Translations under genes and position numbers: made by a program
The notes under the pieces: model-generated
The model's input: the letters and a program-made list of their open reading frames with translations, nothing else
The model's database searches: none
What the model was told of the DNA's origin: nothing
In this document: piece by piece, positions 9,183 to 19,842 of the stretch
How positions within the stretch are numbered: the first letter of the stretch is position 1
Layout of the letters: every line of letters begins with the position of its first letter
DNA from: Candidatus Kapaibacterium sp.
GTDB taxonomy: Bacteria; Bacteroidota; Ignavibacteria; Kapaibacteriales; UBA2268
Reading direction: 5' to 3'
DNA: 64,000 bases
Assembly (NCBI GenBank): GCA_963664875.1
Contig: OY761611.1
Span: 1,216,001 to 1,280,000, forward strand

Positions 9183-12100
9183 TTATAGTTTCACTTTACT
9201 TTTACTTATAGAGAAGCTAAATTTACTTCCTTTTGAAATTTCTGATTCTAATGAGATAGAACCACCATAGAATTCAACTATCTTTTTAGCAATGCTAAGG
9301 CCAATCCCTGAAGATTCCTCATTATTGCCGTCAATAGTTTGGAAAATATTGAATATCTTTTTAAAATATTTCTCATCAATACCTATACCATTATCTTCTA
9401 TAGAAAAATAATGATAGTTAGAATCCTCTGAATATCCTAAATTTAGGAGAACTTCTTTTTTATCATTGTACTTAAAGGCATTAGAAATCAGATTTTGGTA
9501 TATCTGTGAAATACGTGTTTTATCTGCTTTTATTACAGGTAAAACATGGTTTATTTTAATTTCTGAATTTCTTTCGTCTTTTACAAGGTCAAAAATTTCT
9601 TGTATTAGTTTATTCAAGTCAATTTCTTCGGCTTGTTCTTCGATTCTTCCGACTCTTGAATAATCGAGTACACCATCTATGAGAGTGTACATCTTTTTAA
9701 TTCTTGACTGTAGCAAATCAAACATTTCAATATTTTCTGATTCCAATTTTTCTTCAATATCTGTTCTTATCCATTCTGAAAGTTGGCTAATGCCTCGTAG
9801 CGGAGCTTTCAAGTCATGAGAAACAATATATGCAAAATCTTTTAGTTCTGTATTAATATTTTGCAATTCAGAAGTTCTGTCCTGAATTCTTTTTTCCAAA
9901 GTTTTATTTAAAGAAATCAGTTCATTTTGATAGTTAGCTCTTTCTATCTCTGCAGCTATTCTCCCTGCAAAGATTTGTAATATTTCTTTTGATAACAAAT
10001 CATCTTCTATCGGACGCTGAAACAGTGCTAAAAGGACACCTATCACTTCATTATCAGAACCAATTAGAGGAGTACCAACATAACCTTCGATGGATAAATC
10101 CTTAAGAATATTATCTTGCGGAAATATTCCTGCTACATCTTCATGATAAACACTCATGCCATACTCTAATACATTTTTGCTAGGCGTACCTTCAATTTCC
10201 GTAATCAGATTGCCAATTATCTTGTCCTTATTAGCTAAAGAGATGGATTTGACTGTTTTTTCATCTTGTTTTACACCAATAAAAGCGAAATCGCTTTTTA
10301 AGATTTTATTCAGATTAAGTGCAATGGAATTGAAAAATTCTTGTCCGGTGTAGGCTGCTACAGCTTCCACAACTGACTGAATTGCGTCATAAGCACGCTT
10401 CCTGTCTGAAACGTCTCTGAAAAATGCCAAAACAAGCTTGTCGTTATCGTTATTTATTTTTGTAATTGCTATTTCTGCATCAAACAATAAGCCATCCTCT
10501 TTTTGATGAAGGAAAGTAAATTTTGCAGAATTACCGGCAATTACTGCACTCGTAATCTCTTTGGCTTTTTGTATTGAGTTTTCACCTTTATATTGAGTTT
10601 CAGGCATAAAATTGTATATGGATTTTCCTTTCATTTTTTCAGGAGTGCTAGAAAACAATCTGAAGAATTCCGGATTTGCTTCTTTGATTATATCATTTTC
10701 CATAATGAGAATACCGTCGATTGCATTATCAAAAAGTGATCTATACCAATGCTCACTTTGCTCAAGTGCTTGAGATATTTTCATCCTTTGTGTTTGATCT
10801 TCATATAAAATAACTATCTCAGTTACAAGGTTGTTTTCAGTTAGAGGATAAACAAAACTATAAAGCCATTTCATTTCTTCTTTATCATCTAAATTGCCAA
10901 GCTGTTGGAATAAAAACGGACCTATTGCAGATGAAATCCCCTGTTTAGCTTTGTCGAAATATTCTTTGTATCCGAATTTAGAATGCTGCAAATCATTATA
11001 AACATTGAAGCCTAACTGTTCTTTTGTTGTGCTCGTCCAGAGCTGCTCCCATGCTTCATTTGAATACATCAAATCGCCATTCAAATCAAATATTAACGTT
11101 GCCATAGGAGATTGATTAAGAACTTTAGCAAGTCTTTCCTGTGATTTCTTTAAATCGGATTCTACTTTTTTACTCTCGCTAATGTCCCTTCCTTCGGCTA
11201 TTACTTCAAAAAACTCACCTTTCCCATCATAAATTGGCTTTAGAGAAAAATCGACTATAATTTTTTTGCCATTTATATTTTGATGTGTTGCCTCAAATCG
11301 AATAAATTTACCATTTTGTACTTCTCTAAACGCAGATATAAGATTTAGTTTCGCTTCTATATCTAATTCCCAGAATTCTGTTTCCCAAAACAATTTCCCA
11401 ATCAAAGCCTGTTTGTCTTTAGAAATAAAATCCGATGCAGACTTATTTATTTCTTTTATATAGCCATACTTATCAAGAACGGCGATAAACTGGAATGTAG
11501 AATCAAAAAAGATTCTGAATTTATTTTCTGTAGCGAAAAGCTCTTTATATGCCAATTCCTTATTCGAATTTAGTCGTCTGGTATTTCTGATAATGTAAAC
11601 AGACAAACCAAACATTATAAAAGCTATAATTGTAAAAGTGGTATTAATGTTAGAATTCAGCTCTGCTACTTTTACCTTGATATCATCGATATATGCACCT
11701 GTTCCTATGATATACCCCCAAGGTTTGAATAGTTTTATATAAGCTACTTTATCACGATAAACATTTGTCTGTTTAACAGAAGTCCATTTATAAAAGACAA
11801 ATCCTTCGGAACTGTCTCTACCAAGTTTATTCATGTTTAATAAGACTTCCTTTTCGGGAGTATTTTCCAATTCATAGAGCTTTTTACCCAAAATATTTAA
11901 TGAGTAAGGATGACTTACCAGCATAGCCTGATCATTAATAACCCAGAAGTAGCCGTTGTTACCATCATACTTCATTGAATTCAATCTCTTAAGCAAACGG
12001 CTTTTTGCTTCAAATTCGGTAAGTTCACCTGATTCATATCTCTTGTAGTAATCAAACACAAGCCCTTCTGCAGAACTTACCATATCATGAAGGAGTTTCT

Positions 12101-12254
12101 TTCTTGAATTGTAATAAGATTCTTCCAAAGCAGGAAGTAAATATAAGTATAAACTACCTACAGACAGTACTAGAGATATGATTACAAGAGTCAATATTTG
12201 GAGAGATTGATTAGACAGATACTGCCTAAGACCCTTATTCTTTTTATTTAGCAT
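9183..12254 (-). CDS. Sensor histidine kinase (sCache_2, 3x PAS, GAF, HisKA/HATPase)
   Basis: Cache motifs GYFWV/HP and FKPWGYIIGTGAY, three PAS repeats, GAF (YVGTPL...RIAAEIER) and FAYIVSHDLKAPLRG. Confidence 0.92.
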   Translation of the reverse strand: MLNKKNKGLRQYLSNQSLQILTLVIISLVLSVGSLYLYLLPALEESYYNSRKKLLHDMVSSAEGLVFDYYKRYESGELTEFEAKSRLLKRLNSMKYDGNNGYFWVINDQAMLVSHPYSLNILGKKLYELENTPEKEVLLNMNKLGRDSSEGFVFYKWTSVKQTNVYRDKVAYIKLFKPWGYIIGTGAYIDDIKVKVAELNSNINTTFTIIAFIMFGLSVYIIRNTRRLNSNKELAYKELFATENKFRIFFDSTFQFIAVLDKYGYIKEINKSASDFISKDKQALIGKLFWETEFWELDIEAKLNLISAFREVQNGKFIRFEATHQNINGKKIIVDFSLKPIYDGKGEFFEVIAEGRDISESKKVESDLKKSQERLAKVLNQSPMATLIFDLNGDLMYSNEAWEQLWTSTTKEQLGFNVYNDLQHSKFGYKEYFDKAKQGISSAIGPFLFQQLGNLDDKEEMKWLYSFVYPLTENNLVTEIVILYEDQTQRMKISQALEQSEHWYRSLFDNAIDGILIMENDIIKEANPEFFRLFSSTPEKMKGKSIYNFMPETQYKGENSIQKAKEITSAVIAGNSAKFTFLHQKEDGLLFDAEIAITKINNDNDKLVLAFFRDVSDRKRAYDAIQSVVEAVAAYTGQEFFNSIALNLNKILKSDFAFIGVKQDEKTVKSISLANKDKIIGNLITEIEGTPSKNVLEYGMSVYHEDVAGIFPQDNILKDLSIEGYVGTPLIGSDNEVIGVLLALFQRPIEDDLLSKEILQIFAGRIAAEIERANYQNELISLNKTLEKRIQDRTSELQNINTELKDFAYIVSHDLKAPLRGISQLSEWIRTDIEEKLESENIEMFDLLQSRIKKMYTLIDGVLDYSRVGRIEEQAEEIDLNKLIQEIFDLVKDERNSEIKINHVLPVIKADKTRISQIYQNLISNAFKYNDKKEVLLNLGYSEDSNYHYFSIEDNGIGIDEKYFKKIFNIFQTIDGNNEESSGIGLSIAKKIVEFYGGSISLESEISKGSKFSFSISKSKVKL

Positions 12255-12530
12255 ATATATAACCTAAACATAGAAGCGAAAAGAAAATCAATATTCAAAA
12301 CAACTATTATCGATTTTGCACAATATATTAAACATTTTCGTTATTTTTCAAAACGAAATATCTATTCTAAAAACTATATTTTATAATAGATAAATGCAAA
12401 GTCCATTGAATTTCAAAATAAGGTATTCCATGTTATATAGACTAATTTGCATTTTTATTATTATTTAATTTTTTTGTACTTTACTATGCTACTTCTTATA
12501 TATACCTTGCATGACTGGCAATAATACTTT

Positions 12531-15236
12531 TTGAGGATAACGTTGCAAGATAAAGTATCTAAAATTGAAGCTAATCACAACAGTAGTGAAGATTTATCAT
12601 TTATAAATGCTTTTTGCGACCCTGTACTACTTATCAGCAAGTCTGACGAGACCTACACTGTCAATGATGCCTTTTTAACTTACTTCAACTTATCCAAAAA
12701 AGATAATATTGATGTAAATAGTTACATAGCAACTTATTCTTCAAAAAACAGCACAATTCAAATCGCCCAAAACGATTACGACTTATTTGTCTTCGAGAGC
12801 GAACTCAGATACTTCGGCAAATTCTATAGTTCAGTGTTCAATAATTCGAAAAATGCAATTTTCTTCCTGAAGGACAATCAGTTTTATCATTGTAATAATC
12901 ATTGTTTAGAGTTATTTGAGTGCAAGCGGGAAGACATAATCGGCAAAACCCCTTATGATTTCTCCCCTATGATTCAGCCCGGAGGTGTTTCAGCCAGACA
13001 CTCAGAGTACCTTATTGCTCAAGCTCGTTTGGGTAATCATCAGCGCTTCAAATGGCAACATCTGAGTAAAAAAGGGAGGCTCTTTTGGTTGGAAGTGGAT
13101 TTGATGCCGGTAGATATCGAAGGAGAGGTATTTGTACAGGCGCTGACAACTGATATTACGGATCTGATAGATAAAAAAGATATGCTCAAAGAGCATATAC
13201 AGTTCTCTGAGACTGTTTTAAATTCTATGGGTGAAGCACTCATCACCACCGACAACTTCGGAAAAATTGTTTCAATGAATCCTGTCGCTGAAAAGTTAAC
13301 AGGATGGAAATTCGAGCTTGCAAAATCCCAGCATATCAATTCTGTTTCCATCATTTCAGATTTGGTTAGCATGAAGCAGGCAAGCTTCAAAGTAGAAGAA
13401 GTTATACAGAAAGGAAGAACTGTTGCACCTAATGCGACTTACCTCTTGAGTGCTAAAAACGGGAGGAAATATTCTATCCAATACAACGCAAGCCCTCTAA
13501 TTGATGCAAAAGGTAAAATATGGGGTGCTATTGTTGTTTTTGCAAACAAAGAGATAGATAAAGAAGTACAAAAAGCACTAAAATCAGAACATAAAAAATT
13601 TAATAATCTTTACAAAAGTTTACCCGAATCTATCGCTATATATGAAATTATCAGAGGTGCAGATAATAGAATTGAAGATTATCTAATCAAAGATGCAAAC
13701 GATGCTTACTTTGAATCTCTCAAACTAAGAGTAGGTCTAAATCCAAAAGATTTGATAGGTAAAAGAATATCTCAGCTTTACCCAGACCATAAGAAAGCTT
13801 ATGAACCACATGTAATTAAAGCACTCCAATCAGGCGAACCGGTAATGCTATCTGATGCAATTACTCTTACCGGAAAAACCAAGTATGTAAATCTTCGATT
13901 TATTCCATTGAGCGAAAATACTATTTGTGTAGTTGTTGAAGACGTATCAGAACTGAAAAAATACAGCACTATGCTCAAGCATCAGGAAAATAAAATCAAT
14001 ACTATTTATAATACTGCTCATAATATAGCTTTTGTCATAAACGAGATCCGTCATCCTTACAAGATATTGGAAATTTCTCCAGGCGGCTTGGAAATGCTTA
14101 GACTCAATCAGATGGAATACAATGTTTCTATCTTTGATTTCCATTTGCCTGAAAACAAATATAGAGTTATTGAGGCTACTGATGAATTAATACTTAAAAA
14201 AGTGGTTTCAAATATCGAAACTCAATTAGTACGTAAAGACGGAGAAGTTTTCGATGCACTCATTAGCTTGCAAACTATTACTTTGGACTCCGGTGAAGAA
14301 GTAGCTTTAGGAGTCGTTACCGATATTACAGAACAAAAAAAAGCTCAAAGAACCCTTGAAGAACTCAATCAAAATTTGGAAAATATTATTAACGAAAGAA
14401 CTATGGAGCTAAAGGCTACATTAGAGGAATTGGAATCTTCAAATATTGAGCTAACAGAATTAAATACTTCAATAGCTTTGGAAACTCAAAAACTAATAAA
14501 GCTCAATGATAAGCTATCTGTTTCAGAGCAGGAATTGCAATACGCAAATGCCACAAAAAACAGATTTTTTTCTATTATTGGTCATGATTTAAAAAATCCG
14601 GTTCATGCACTAATTCTTTCGATTGATATACTCCAAATGCTTCATAAACAAAACGACCGTTCCAAAACAGATCAATATTTGGAACACATGAAAGAAAACA
14701 CTCTCCGACTCAGGCTTACTTTGGAAAATCTTTTAAGTTGGGCTCAGTCACAAGACGGCAAACTAATTGCCAAAAAAGAAGAATTCTTGTTTAGCTCAAT
14801 AATAAATGATTCAATCAAAATCGCATCTGAGCATGTCCGTAGAAAAAATATCAGACTTACTCAGGAATTAGCCTGCAATGTTACAGTCTCTGCAGATAAA
14901 AACATGATTGAGACAGTTGTCCGCAATTTGCTGACAAATGCAATCAAATTCACAAACGAATACGGACAAATCACGATTCGGACTTATGCGGAATCTGATT
15001 TATTAAAATGCGAGATAAGCGATACAGGAATTGGTATGAGCAAGGAAGAACTTTCTATGCTTTTCAGATTGGATTCGCATAATATCAAGAAAGGAACAAA
15101 CAAAGAAACCGGCTCAGGCTTGGGATTGATTTTATGCAAAGAGTTTATAGAAAAAAATGGAGGTACAATCTCCGTTAGCTCTGAATTAGGTAAAGGTTCG
15201 ACTTTTTCTATATCCCTGCCCATTGCCGGAGTATAG
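12531..15236 (+). CDS. Cytoplasmic multi-PAS histidine kinase
   Basis: Several PAS domains, coiled coil, IIGHDLKNP, NAIKF, DTGIG and GSGLGL. The TTG start is uncertain. Confidence 0.9.
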   Translation: MRITLQDKVSKIEANHNSSEDLSFINAFCDPVLLISKSDETYTVNDAFLTYFNLSKKDNIDVNSYIATYSSKNSTIQIAQNDYDLFVFESELRYFGKFYSSVFNNSKNAIFFLKDNQFYHCNNHCLELFECKREDIIGKTPYDFSPMIQPGGVSARHSEYLIAQARLGNHQRFKWQHLSKKGRLFWLEVDLMPVDIEGEVFVQALTTDITDLIDKKDMLKEHIQFSETVLNSMGEALITTDNFGKIVSMNPVAEKLTGWKFELAKSQHINSVSIISDLVSMKQASFKVEEVIQKGRTVAPNATYLLSAKNGRKYSIQYNASPLIDAKGKIWGAIVVFANKEIDKEVQKALKSEHKKFNNLYKSLPESIAIYEIIRGADNRIEDYLIKDANDAYFESLKLRVGLNPKDLIGKRISQLYPDHKKAYEPHVIKALQSGEPVMLSDAITLTGKTKYVNLRFIPLSENTICVVVEDVSELKKYSTMLKHQENKINTIYNTAHNIAFVINEIRHPYKILEISPGGLEMLRLNQMEYNVSIFDFHLPENKYRVIEATDELILKKVVSNIETQLVRKDGEVFDALISLQTITLDSGEEVALGVVTDITEQKKAQRTLEELNQNLENIINERTMELKATLEELESSNIELTELNTSIALETQKLIKLNDKLSVSEQELQYANATKNRFFSIIGHDLKNPVHALILSIDILQMLHKQNDRSKTDQYLEHMKENTLRLRLTLENLLSWAQSQDGKLIAKKEEFLFSSIINDSIKIASEHVRRKNIRLTQELACNVTVSADKNMIETVVRNLLTNAIKFTNEYGQITIRTYAESDLLKCEISDTGIGMSKEELSMLFRLDSHNIKKGTNKETGSGLGLILCKEFIEKNGGTISVSSELGKGSTFSISLPIAGV

Positions 15237-15776
15237 TTAAAGCACTTTGTCAGGATTGTTTTTTACATAATCGCTCCAGCCTGATACTTTCTGCTTAGGT
15301 TGCCCGAATTTCAAACCGTGACAAACAGCAACCGCCAAAGCATCAGTAGCATCAAAGAACTCAGGAGTTTCCGGTATATTCAGTATTTTTCTAACCATAA
15401 AAGACACTTGCTCCTTGGAGGCAGCTCCCCTACCAGTTACACTTTTTTTTACTTCTTTAGGACTGTATTCAGAGATTTCTTTATTGTTCATAGTAGAAGC
15501 CAAAATTGCTGCAGCTCTTGCATGAGATAATTTCATTAGAGATTGTACGTTTTTTGAATAAAACATGGACTCTACAGATACATAGTCCGGTTGAGTTCTT
15601 TTTATTATAGCATCAGTTTTATTATAAATCTCTTTTAATCTAAGGAAGAAATCAGGAGTTGACTTTTTGGCATGTATCACCCCGTATTCAATCAAAGTAA
15701 ACTTATTATTTCCCTGCATATTGATTACACCATATCCGCAAAGCACAGAGCCCGGATCAATTCCTAAAATTATCAT
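15237..15776 (-). CDS. ruvC: Holliday junction resolvase RuvC
   Basis: MIILGIDPG start, VE..F, EYSPKEVKKSVTG.G.ASKEQV and DATDALAVAVCH motifs. Confidence 0.96.
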   Translation of the reverse strand: MIILGIDPGSVLCGYGVINMQGNNKFTLIEYGVIHAKKSTPDFFLRLKEIYNKTDAIIKRTQPDYVSVESMFYSKNVQSLMKLSHARAAAILASTMNNKEISEYSPKEVKKSVTGRGAASKEQVSFMVRKILNIPETPEFFDATDALAVAVCHGLKFGQPKQKVSGWSDYVKNNPDKVL

Positions 15777-15951
15777 TCCGACGATTCCCCCAAACCTTTG
15801 TCCTAAACTGCGCAAGTAAACTAAGAATAACTGCAATAGAAACAAACTACTATTTTAAAAAACTGCTCGTTTGTATGTTAGATATGGTGTATAGCTGATA
15901 TAAGCTAAGGAGAGGTTAAACAAAATTGTACTCAAAAACTTTAAAATTTGC

Positions 15952-15959
15952 TAACTTTG
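15952..15959 (+). promoter_or_regulatory. Candidate Bacteroidota-type -7 promoter element for smc
   Basis: TAACTTTG matches TAnnTTTG, ~70 bp upstream of the smc start, with a TTG ~25 bp further upstream. Confidence 0.45.
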
Positions 15960-16027
15960 TAGTCTAACTTGGGTGTGGTTTCTATTAACTGCAGTCTTGT
16001 CTGTTTAATAATATACCCGGAAGATAG

Positions 16028-19000
16028 ATGTATTTATCTAAGGTAGATTTAGTAGGATTCAAATCCTTCGCGCATAAAACTGAAATTAAATTTGCACCGG
16101 GGGTTTCGGCATTAGTCGGGCCTAATGGTTGTGGCAAATCAAATATAGTAGATGCTGTCAGGTGGGTACTCGGAGAGCAGAAAACAAGTGTGCTCCGCTC
16201 GGACGTAATGGAAAACGTTATATTCAATGGTACTAAAACCCGAAAACCTCTCGGCATGGCAGAAGTTACACTTACTATCAAGAACGACAAAGGAGTGCTG
16301 CCATCTGAATATACAGAACTTACAATCACTCGTCGCTTGTTTAGAAGTGGCGAAAGCCAATATCTTTTAAATAAAACAAAATGCCGCCTGAGAGATATAC
16401 TAGATCTCTTTATGGACACGGGCATGGGGCCGGATTCTTATTCTGTTATTGAATTAAAGCAAGTAGAAGCAATTCTTTCAGGCAGAGTAGATGACAGAAG
16501 AGCTATGATAGAAGAAGCTGCAGGTATCAAAAAATATAAACTCAGAAGAAAAGAAGCTCTTAGAAAACTCGAAAGTGTCCAAGGCGATTTAGATAGGGTT
16601 CGAGACATCGTTTCAGAAGTACAAAAAAATGTAAATTCTCTTTCGCGTCAGGCTTCTAAAACTAAAAAATACAACACTTTATTAAGTGAGCTTAAAGAGA
16701 AAGAATCTTCCCTCCTACTGCATGAGTACGAGCATTACAAGAGTGAATATTCGACGCTTGAAGAAGAACTCAAAGGATTTAACTCCGAGAAAATCAAATT
16801 AGACTTTCAGATTTCTGATATGGAAAAAACTATCAGCTCTCTGAAAGAAAAGCTTAATGCAATAGATAACAATTTCAAACAAGCCCGCTCTGCCGAAGGG
16901 AAACTTCATGCTTCGCTGGCAAACATGAAACAATCGCTTGCCGTAACTGAGCAAAAAGCCATTTCAATTGATCAGGACAGAAAACGACTTGCCGATGAAA
17001 TAAAAGAAGCAACTCAAAACGCTGAACAATCGAAAGTATTTTTGGAAGAAACCCGATTGCGTCTTGGCAATTTGAGCAGCGAAAAAGAGAGCATAAAATC
17101 TGTCATGAGTTCTGCTATTTCCGAAAAGCTCGAAGCAGAAAAAATGGTTGCTGAGCTACGCAGAAAAGCAGGTGACGACAACGCTGAGGTTATGAAGTTT
17201 CAAAATCAAATTCACAACATAGATCAGCAGGCAAAAAGAAACGATTCGAAAAAGAACAATCTTAAACAAAAAATATATCAATCCTCTGAAGAAAGAAACA
17301 GCTTGCAATCGCAGCTTGGTGAGCTTGAAGATGATTTGCAAAATGCAATCGATGAAAAAGCAGAATTACACGATTTGCTTGTGGAAGCAGAACTTACTTT
17401 GCAATCTGAAACAGAAAGAAGGGCTTCTCTCCAAGTCGAGATAGACGAATTGAGAAATAAAGTCAACGATGTCAAAAACCAGATAAGCTCAAAAAAAGCT
17501 TCTCTTGAGTTTCTTGCCGGGCTTATGGATACTACTGATATTTCAAAATTCCTAATTAGTTCGCAGGATTGGAAGCCGAGCAACGAAAAGACTTTGCTGG
17601 TCGAAGCAGTAGGCACTGATGAGAAATTTAGAATAGCAGTTGAATCTGCACTTGGTGAAGCAGCACACTTTTTTGTTGTTGACACAAAAGAAGACGCAGC
17701 CTCTGCATTCTCTACTTTAAAAAACAAGCAAAAAGGCAAAGCTACTTTTATATGTAGGGACTTGATAAACGCTCTGCCTAAACCTGCTGATATAGCTGTG
17801 GATGACAAAATATACGGCAGACTAAGCGAAATTGTCAGAGTCGATGAATCACTGCGAAACGCCCTACGTGGCATTGTCGGCAATATGGTTATCGTAGATA
17901 CCATAGAAACAGCAGAAAATATAGTCAATTCAGGCACTGCATCCTCTGCTGTAACTCTCAATGGTGAAATCTTTGGTGCTAAAGGAATTATCAAAGGCGG
18001 TAGTACATCCCAAAAAGAGGGTCTCATTGTAGGTAAAAAGGAACGAATAGAACAATTAAAAGCTGAGATAGACGCTCTGACCATCAAATCCAACGAGTTA
18101 GATTTGGAACTAAGCAACTCAAGAGCAGAGTTCAATCTAATTGATATTCAAAACCTCACAAATGAAGTCCGTAAAGCAGAAAAAGATAAAAAAGATAATG
18201 AAAACAAGATAGCACAGCTCAAACTCAAAAAAGAAGCTATTGATAACAAAATTGAACTTGCCGAAACTAACGTAACACAATACACCGAAGAGCTTGGTGA
18301 AATAGAATCGGAAGAGTCTGACTATAAAGAGCAAATAGCTTCTATTAAAGTTAAACTGGAAGAAAAAGAAGCCTCTTACAAGTTGGCAATGAAAGACCTA
18401 AGCTATGCCGAATCAGAATTGCGTGAAAAACAGGAAAAGCACAGAGAAACAGAAAAAGAAGAAGTTCAGCTTCTCGCAGAGATTCGTCGTTTGGAATCTG
18501 ATATGGAAAGATTGGAAAAACAGATAGATGATTTTGAGCAAAAATCTGAAAAGAAACAGGAAGAACTCGAAGGCAAAGACGACGAAGAAGAAAGCCTCAA
18601 AAATCAAATCTACGACCTTAAAAAAAATATAGAACAGTCAGAATCAGAACTGAATGAAGTAAAGAGTAAAAGAGAATTCCTCGGCGACGAAAAAGATAAA
18701 ATACAGGAACAAATCGAGCAAAGCGATACTTCGTTCAACCAACTTAGAAAAATGTATGACGCAACTAAGGAAAAGATTCACAACAAAGAAATCAAGGCAA
18801 CCGATATCAATGTACACATAGAAAATGTTAAAGACAGATATCACGAGCAATTCGGCGAGGATATGACTTTAAAAGAATTTGAAGCTGTGCCGGGTTTTGA
18901 TTTTGTATCCAACCGTGAAGAAGTCGCAGAACTTAAAGAAAAGCTACAAGCCTTAGGCAATGTAAACTTTATGGCTTTGGAAGAATTTGAAACACAAAGC

Positions 19001-19582
19001 GAACGTCTTACATTCTATAACCAACAGGTTAGCGATTTGACTGAAGCCGAAAAAATACTTGAACAGACAATCTGGGAAATAAACAGAACTGCAGAAGAAA
19101 ACTTTAAAGCTACATTCGAGCAGATAAAGAAAAATTTCCAAATGCTTTTCAAAACTTTATTTAATGAAGAAGGTGAAGCAGATATCAGATTAAAAGAGGG
19201 CAACCCATTAGAAGCAGATATTGAGATAATGGCAAAGCCTCCTAATAAAAAGCCAAACTCTATCGAGCAACTTTCGGGCGGCGAAAAAACCCTGACTGCT
19301 ATTTCTCTGTTATTTGCCATCTATTTGGTTAAACCAAGTCCGTTTTGCATACTCGACGAGGTTGACGCACCTTTAGATGATGCCAATATCGGAAGATTTA
19401 TTGATATGATTAGAAGATTCAGCACAGAAACTCAGTTTTTGATTGTTACTCATAACAAAAAAACAATGGAAGCTGCAGAAACACTTTACGGTGTAACTCA
19501 GCAGGAACCGGGAGTTTCTAAATCTGTGGCAGTTAAGCTAAACAGGCAGGAAATCACTCCTATCGAAGATGTCAAATTGTAG
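16028..19582 (+). CDS. smc: Chromosome segregation protein SMC
   Basis: GFKSF, GPNGCGKSN Walker A, long coiled coils around a hinge, LSGGEK signature and ILDEVDAPLD. Confidence 0.98.
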   Translation: MYLSKVDLVGFKSFAHKTEIKFAPGVSALVGPNGCGKSNIVDAVRWVLGEQKTSVLRSDVMENVIFNGTKTRKPLGMAEVTLTIKNDKGVLPSEYTELTITRRLFRSGESQYLLNKTKCRLRDILDLFMDTGMGPDSYSVIELKQVEAILSGRVDDRRAMIEEAAGIKKYKLRRKEALRKLESVQGDLDRVRDIVSEVQKNVNSLSRQASKTKKYNTLLSELKEKESSLLLHEYEHYKSEYSTLEEELKGFNSEKIKLDFQISDMEKTISSLKEKLNAIDNNFKQARSAEGKLHASLANMKQSLAVTEQKAISIDQDRKRLADEIKEATQNAEQSKVFLEETRLRLGNLSSEKESIKSVMSSAISEKLEAEKMVAELRRKAGDDNAEVMKFQNQIHNIDQQAKRNDSKKNNLKQKIYQSSEERNSLQSQLGELEDDLQNAIDEKAELHDLLVEAELTLQSETERRASLQVEIDELRNKVNDVKNQISSKKASLEFLAGLMDTTDISKFLISSQDWKPSNEKTLLVEAVGTDEKFRIAVESALGEAAHFFVVDTKEDAASAFSTLKNKQKGKATFICRDLINALPKPADIAVDDKIYGRLSEIVRVDESLRNALRGIVGNMVIVDTIETAENIVNSGTASSAVTLNGEIFGAKGIIKGGSTSQKEGLIVGKKERIEQLKAEIDALTIKSNELDLELSNSRAEFNLIDIQNLTNEVRKAEKDKKDNENKIAQLKLKKEAIDNKIELAETNVTQYTEELGEIESEESDYKEQIASIKVKLEEKEASYKLAMKDLSYAESELREKQEKHRETEKEEVQLLAEIRRLESDMERLEKQIDDFEQKSEKKQEELEGKDDEEESLKNQIYDLKKNIEQSESELNEVKSKREFLGDEKDKIQEQIEQSDTSFNQLRKMYDATKEKIHNKEIKATDINVHIENVKDRYHEQFGEDMTLKEFEAVPGFDFVSNREEVAELKEKLQALGNVNFMALEEFETQSERLTFYNQQVSDLTEAEKILEQTIWEINRTAEENFKATFEQIKKNFQMLFKTLFNEEGEADIRLKEGNPLEADIEIMAKPPNKKPNSIEQLSGGEKTLTAISLLFAIYLVKPSPFCILDEVDAPLDDANIGRFIDMIRRFSTETQFLIVTHNKKTMEAAETLYGVTQQEPGVSKSVAVKLNRQEITPIEDVKL

Positions 19583-19673
19583 GTAATTCGGCTGATTTCG
19601 CTAAGAAGATATTTTGCCAAAAAGAGGATATCTCTTAAGTCAAAATTTGCATCATATTTTTGATGTTTGCAAG

Positions 19674-19747
19674 TTTTACCGACAGCTGAAGCAGTCGGTT
19701 GCACTTCTGTAACTCATTACAACCGCATGCTTTAGCTTGCGGTAGAA
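19674..19747. repeat. Inverted pair of REP-like palindromes (REPIN/BIME-like)
   Basis: 19674-19701 TTTTACCGACAGCTGAAGCAGTCGGTTG versus reverse complement of 19720-19747 TTCTACCGCAAGCTAAAGCATGCGGTTG: 22/28 identical. Each copy is itself a hairpin with a GCT(G/A)AAGC loop. Confidence 0.6.
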
Positions 19748-19842
19748 GAAAATATAACGTTTGTTTTCCCTCTACATATACTAAGAGCATGACAAAACTC
19801 AGACTTCTGAGACAGCCTTTAAAATTTCATAGCAAGAGTTCA

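Noticed and set aside
17278-18135. 285-aa antisense ORF inside smc, and a 297-aa antisense ORF at 23009-23902
   Set aside because: Both lie fully opposite well-supported genes and have no recognisable motifs. They are shadow ORFs caused by codon bias.
16028-19582. SMC as a Wadjet/MksBEF defence component
   Set aside because: It is a canonical full-length hinge-containing SMC with no jetA/B/D-like neighbours.
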